A stretch of DNA of 63,946 nt, filler included, from Stramenopiles sp. TOSAG23-2 (Eukaryota), in assembly GCA_900128395.1 (NCBI GenBank). It is 3 parts of 3 records of this genome, joined end to end, with 100 filler letters (N's around TTAATTAATTAA, not from the genome) between each part and the next. Parts side by side here need not be neighbours in the genome. Positions count along the whole stretch, not along the records: positions 47,447 to 63,946 come from LT649674.1; 2 more parts are not named here. One strand, 5' to 3'. The position numbers were made by a program, and so were the translations under genes. How positions within the stretch are numbered: the first letter of the stretch is position 1; each line of letters begins with the position of its first letter. This document shows, piece after piece, positions 59,235-63,946 of this stretch. The notes under the pieces were generated by a model that saw nothing but the letters and a program-made list of their open reading frames with translations, was not told the DNA's origin and made no database searches.

Positions 59235-61031
59235 ATGAAACTTTTATCATTCAACTTTAATATAATCTATGTAATCACTTGTATTACGATTGTAGCATTT
59301 GCAACTGATATTAAAGATGAAGACCTTGGTTTTGAATTATTAATGTCAGGTATTGGTGGTGGAGAAATTATACGTGAAGAAATAAAGGTAGAAGGAAATA
59401 TTCCAATATGGCTCGATGGGACATTAATACAAAATGGTGGCGGGAGATTTGAATGGCCAAATAAACTACGTCGTAATTTAACAAATGCAGGAGATGGATA
59501 TGCAAAACTTGATGTATTTCAATTTTCAAATGGTAAAATAAAATATACTTCGAAATATGCACGTACAGAATGGTATAATAAGAGTGTAAAAATAAATGAT
59601 ATTGCACCTTCACTTTCATTTGGTGTTCCGCAACCACCACGCAAATCGGACAAACTGGGTTTACCAAATGTTCTTGCGCCAAATGATAATCTTGCTGTAA
59701 ATATCATTACAATACAAGATAGAATATTAATGGTATCCGATCAACCTGGAAGTATTCAATTTGATCAAAATACATTAGAATTTGGAAAACATAAATCCAG
59801 CATGCCCGGACCTGCCGATGCATTTAAAGACATTCCAAGTATACCACTTGGTATGATGGGTTCATTTGGATCTGCTCATCCATTGTGGACTGGAAGTTCC
59901 TTAGATTCAAGCGGTGATGCATATGGTTTATTAAATGTACAACGTTTATCGACGATAGATCATCGACAAGAAGAAATAAGATTGTTTAAAATTTCTGCAA
60001 AAGAACAACAAGGAAATAGTAGTAGTAAAAACAATCCATGGCTTACCAGACGTGCAATCGCAACTATTAAAATGGAAAAAGGACAATTTGCGCCATATAT
60101 GCACTCTTTCTTTTTAGTAGGTGAACCATCTCCGACACATGCTGTCTTAGTTCAACATTCAATGAATATTGCTATGGCAACATTAATAGCAGGACTTGGT
60201 CTAAAACCTATATCTGCTGGTTTTGATATAGATCTTTCACGTCCAATGATCTTTCATATTGTCAATCTTACAGATGGTAATGTTGAAAAACAAATTTCAG
60301 TCAATATGAAAGATTTTACATCTGCTGCAACAAATAATAGTATGATCGTTAGCCATACGGTAAATGGATATTATAAAAAAGATGACAAAAATGATAATAA
60401 ATTGTTACTTGTATTAGATGTTATTGGATATGATTTTTTATTTTTTGAACGTTTTTCATCAGATCAAATTAATAATAAAACTGCACGTGATTTTGGAAAA
60501 TATTCAAAAAAAAGAGCTAAAACCTTTCGTTTTATATTGGATGTCAATGCTGGGAAAGCGGTGGATGTAATTGAATTGTTTCCAAAAAGTGATTGGGAAT
60601 TTCCAATTATTAATGAAGATTTTAAAGGGAAAAAATATTGTTATGTGTTCGGTTATGAATTTCGACATGATGGAAATAATACTATTGGTACAATAACAAG
60701 ACGTAATAATGATAATGAGGAAGGTGCAACGGGCATGGCGAAAATGGCAATGATTAAATATAATGTTTGTGGTGATTTGAATCCAGTTACTGGAAAAAGA
60801 GATGGTCAAGTATTTACAAGACCATATCATTATTTCAGTGAACCATGGTTTGTTCCACGTCCTAATAGTACAAAAGAAGATGATGGTGCCGTTTTGGTAT
60901 TAGCATTGGATGGTAAGGTTGGAAATGGAATATTATATGTATTAGATGCAGAAAATTTAAATGTTCTTGCAACGTTGCGTCTTCCTGGATTGGTAAATTT
61001 AAAGACTCATGGTCGTTGGATATGGAATTAG
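59235..61031 (+). CDS. Carotenoid cleavage oxygenase (RPE65/CCD family) with signal peptide
   Basis: EGNIPIWLDGTLIQNG; four His ligands SAHP, YMHSF, SHTVN, THGRW; WEFPIIN; FSEPWFVPRP..EDDG. Confidence 0.9.
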   Translation: MKLLSFNFNIIYVITCITIVAFATDIKDEDLGFELLMSGIGGGEIIREEIKVEGNIPIWLDGTLIQNGGGRFEWPNKLRRNLTNAGDGYAKLDVFQFSNGKIKYTSKYARTEWYNKSVKINDIAPSLSFGVPQPPRKSDKLGLPNVLAPNDNLAVNIITIQDRILMVSDQPGSIQFDQNTLEFGKHKSSMPGPADAFKDIPSIPLGMMGSFGSAHPLWTGSSLDSSGDAYGLLNVQRLSTIDHRQEEIRLFKISAKEQQGNSSSKNNPWLTRRAIATIKMEKGQFAPYMHSFFLVGEPSPTHAVLVQHSMNIAMATLIAGLGLKPISAGFDIDLSRPMIFHIVNLTDGNVEKQISVNMKDFTSAATNNSMIVSHTVNGYYKKDDKNDNKLLLVLDVIGYDFLFFERFSSDQINNKTARDFGKYSKKRAKTFRFILDVNAGKAVDVIELFPKSDWEFPIINEDFKGKKYCYVFGYEFRHDGNNTIGTITRRNNDNEEGATGMAKMAMIKYNVCGDLNPVTGKRDGQVFTRPYHYFSEPWFVPRPNSTKEDDGAVLVLALDGKVGNGILYVLDAENLNVLATLRLPGLVNLKTHGRWIWN

Positions 61032-61187
61032 TGTGATATGATATATGTATGATACGTATGTAGTATGCGATGGACCCCAATAAATAAAATAAAAAAATAT
61101 TTTATTCGGTACGACGTACGTACGTATATCATAAGATTAATATCATGGTAATATAATATATGTACACACACATGCGTATCATTTTTT

Positions 61188-62345
61188 TCACAACCTTGTT
61201 ATCGCCATACCACCTTCTACTTTTGAATGAAATGCCGATAAATTCTCCATATTTTGTATCTCATTGTTACTTAAATATTTAGTAGCGCCTTTTTCCATTC
61301 CTACTTTCTTCCATGTTCGTCGTGTGATAAAATTTGCACATTCACATCTATATGGAAATGGTTTTTGAAATATTAAATTTGACATCATTATTCGTTTATT
61401 TTCTTCGTCTTCGTTCTTATTATAATAACTGTTGTTGTTCTTATCTGCAGCAACTGTAGATAATGGTGGGCATGGTAAACATTCATCCCAAAAGCTAGCT
61501 GATGTTTCACCTTTATGAAGTTTGGCCGTTTTTGGATCAGTATCTTCCTCTGAACCAATTACTAGTTTCATTTGGTCAACATTTTCTAACCTTAACAATA
61601 AATTTGTTTGTTTTGCTTCACCTAAAACTATATATCTTCGTTGCTTCTCGTCATAATTATGTGCAGGAAATATGACAGTATTGTCTTGCAAGGATTTGAT
61701 CTTTTGTAAACTATCAAACATTTTTTGTACATTGCCAGTGCCATTATCCACTCTACCACAACTATCAATAAATAACGTATCACCAGTTAATAAAGCATAT
61801 CCTTTATCATTACCAAACATAAAACACATTGATCCAGGTGTATGCCCAGGGGTATTTAATGATAATAATGAAACACTACCTTCACCAAGTGGACGAATCA
61901 TTTCTTGATCCGCAACTTTAACAATTTTCGTCGCATAATCATTCCCAATCTTACTGCCTTGAAAATTTCCTTTTACAGCTCTTTCATAGTCGTTTTCGCC
62001 AATCCATGTTGTTCCACCTTTTGATAATATATCTTTCAATCCAGGTATTCTTAAATTCCCTGCATGGTCTAAATGAAAATGTGTATAAATCGATCCAATT
62101 AAATTAACACCAATCACATCCTTTGCATGTTTATAAATACCATCTACATCCCAGCATGCATCAACAGCAACACCAATATTTTTTGTCCTATCTACAAGTA
62201 TATAAATAAAATTTTTCATTTGTATCGCAGAGACGAACATAGGCCTCGCTTTTGCTTCTTCCATTGTTTTCACAGTTGCATATTCAATTCCAGATAATAA
62301 TTGATAAAGCTCGATACCGTTTTCCCATGCGGCAATTTTCACCAT
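61188..62345 (-). CDS. Metallo-beta-lactamase-fold hydrolase (glyoxalase II-like)
   Basis: NFIYIL, THFHLDHAG, TPGHTPGS, TGDTLFIDSCGR, PAHNY. Confidence 0.9.
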   Translation of the reverse strand: MVKIAAWENGIELYQLLSGIEYATVKTMEEAKARPMFVSAIQMKNFIYILVDRTKNIGVAVDACWDVDGIYKHAKDVIGVNLIGSIYTHFHLDHAGNLRIPGLKDILSKGGTTWIGENDYERAVKGNFQGSKIGNDYATKIVKVADQEMIRPLGEGSVSLLSLNTPGHTPGSMCFMFGNDKGYALLTGDTLFIDSCGRVDNGTGNVQKMFDSLQKIKSLQDNTVIFPAHNYDEKQRRYIVLGEAKQTNLLLRLENVDQMKLVIGSEEDTDPKTAKLHKGETSASFWDECLPCPPLSTVAADKNNNSYYNKNEDEENKRIMMSNLIFQKPFPYRCECANFITRRTWKKVGMEKGATKYLSNNEIQNMENLSAFHSKVEGGMAITRL

Positions 62346-62664
62346 TGTATGTATGTGTGTGTAAATAAATAAATTAAAATTTTTGTCCTGTCCCTCTTTA
62401 TTTCATGAATAGATGGATATATATTAAGTAAGATTAAAAAAGATTATATAAAATATTGAATATAGTCGTCTATAATATATATATATATATTGAATACGCC
62501 TATATGCGTGTGTGTATGGATATCTTTTTTTTGTTGATTTTTGATCTTTGCACCTTTTGATATTGATTTTGACATCATGGGATAAGACTGACCTTATTAT
62601 ATTATATACAAGGCACATACCATTAATTTTTTAAAATAACATTTTATATGTAATATTGTAATAT

Positions 62665-63892
62665 TTACATTTTACTACTACTTCTCTCCCGTCTTCTCAA
62701 GATCATCTGATCCAAACCATCACGACGTTCATCAAACATTCTGTATACACCATTATTTGGCATGAATGGAGTATAAATTTTTCCAGTAGGACCATCGATT
62801 GCAAAATTGGCTAATTTCTTAGCGCATGGATAAGTAGCTTCTGGATCTTGTAAATTGGGCATGTCTCTTCCCCAGATGGGCGTATTTGTTGGTCCAGGAA
62901 AGATCATATTTATCAATATGTCTGTATCTGCAACTTCATGTGCAGCTGCTCGAGTCACTGCCCACATTCCAGCCTTGGCAGCAGCATAGCCGCCATTTCT
63001 TCTTCCACCACCTTCAGCACCGCGACTTACTGTATTGATAATTCTGCCAAATTTTTGACGTCTCATGATTGGTATTGCAGCCTTCATACCATTTACACAA
63101 GCAAATAAATGAATTGCAATGTGTTGTTCAAATTGACCTGTTTCCGAATCTTCTATTCGTGTATTATACGAAACACCAGCATTATTGAATAATACATCCA
63201 ATCGATTTCCCATAATCCTATATGCATTTTCCACCATGTCTTGAACATCTTTAGCTTTCGATACATCACATTTAATTGTAAACAATTTAGGAGAATCCAG
63301 TTCCATCATTAATGAATTTAAACTATTTTTATTGATATCAGCAGCAGTTACAGTATAACCGTCATTAATGAAACCTTTCGTCCATGCACGTCCAATACCA
63401 GAACCTGCGCCTGTTATTAATATTGTTTTTACAGTTGGGTTTAATATTGCTGCATCATTATAAAGATTACTTGGTTTTTTGTAAAAGTATCCACCATCCA
63501 AAGATAAAGAGCGTAAAACGGATGTTAACGCAATTGGTTGATCAACATGTATGTGATGACCTGCTTCAGCAATTGGTATGAATGGTGTACCACCAGGTTG
63601 AAGCACACTTTTTAACCATTTTAACATTTTTGTCTCTGTTGGCGCTGATGCCATCTCATTACTTTTTTCTGCATGTGATGACATATCAAATCTTCCTTGC
63701 CATAACGAACTTTTTTCTCCATATACTACGGCTATTTTAACTCCCCTACGAACTGCTTTTATCACATCACGGTACGTATATATTTTGCCTAATGTTGAGC
63801 GATTAGGATCAAACCGCCATACATAACCATCTTGTACTTTACGTATAGCATGTTTAGCATAATAATCTTTTATATATAAATTTGTTTTTGGA
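62665..63892 (-). CDS. Alpha/beta-hydrolase C-terminus fused to SDR, 5' truncated
   Basis: The frame stays open upstream of 63765 (DGYVWRFDP); VYGEKS and AGHHIHVDQP, then TGAGSGIG, NNAG, YAAAK. Confidence 0.8.
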
Positions 63893-63946
63893 TCGAAAGC
63901 TAAAGATGTTCAAGACATGGTGGAAAATGCATATAGGATTATGGGA

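Noticed and set aside
63893-63946. Inverted copy of about 63209-63262 at the window end
   Set aside because: Same contig-tip chimera signature; not a terminal inverted repeat
1-63946. tRNA, rRNA, snRNA, CRISPR arrays, autonomous transposase or viral genes, alternative genetic code
   Set aside because: None recognised by eye; conserved genes translate and terminate normally with the standard code. tRNAscan-SE and Infernal would be needed to exclude RNA genes

Overview
AT-rich, gene-dense eukaryotic DNA with short GT-AG introns and poly-Asn/Thr tracts. It most resembles a heterotrophic flagellated protist, possibly a marine stramenopile (inferred, not proven). The window is three contigs (1-23667, 23768-47346, 47447-63946) joined by N-TTAATTAATTAA-N linkers. 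Many exact ~60-150 bp tandem duplications and inverted chimeric contig ends suggest a single-cell-amplified or metagenomic assembly. About 30 genes or fragments are visible: NAK kinase, two SDRs, MDR oxidoreductase, PIG-T, acylphosphatase, UCP4-like carrier, V-ATPase C, CDC50, BAR+NEK-like kinase, TARBP1/Trm3, TLC protein, proline iminopeptidase and an MBL hydrolase. Most interesting: (1) a >2000-aa multi-pass membrane protein with a Cys-rich ectodomain and C-terminal OTU deubiquitinase; (2) a haloalkane-dehalogenase-family enzyme with Ser in place of the Asp nucleophile; (3) a gustatory-receptor-like 7TM ion channel candidate; (4) a ~900-bp nested foldback element with a compensatory base change, apparently inserted into a recurrent promoter motif; (5) a divergent pair of signal-peptide-bearing chlorophyllase-like and carotenoid-cleavage enzymes; (6) several recurrent intergenic motif families that separate 5' from 3' intergenic regions. 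All family calls come from motif recognition by eye; no searches were run.
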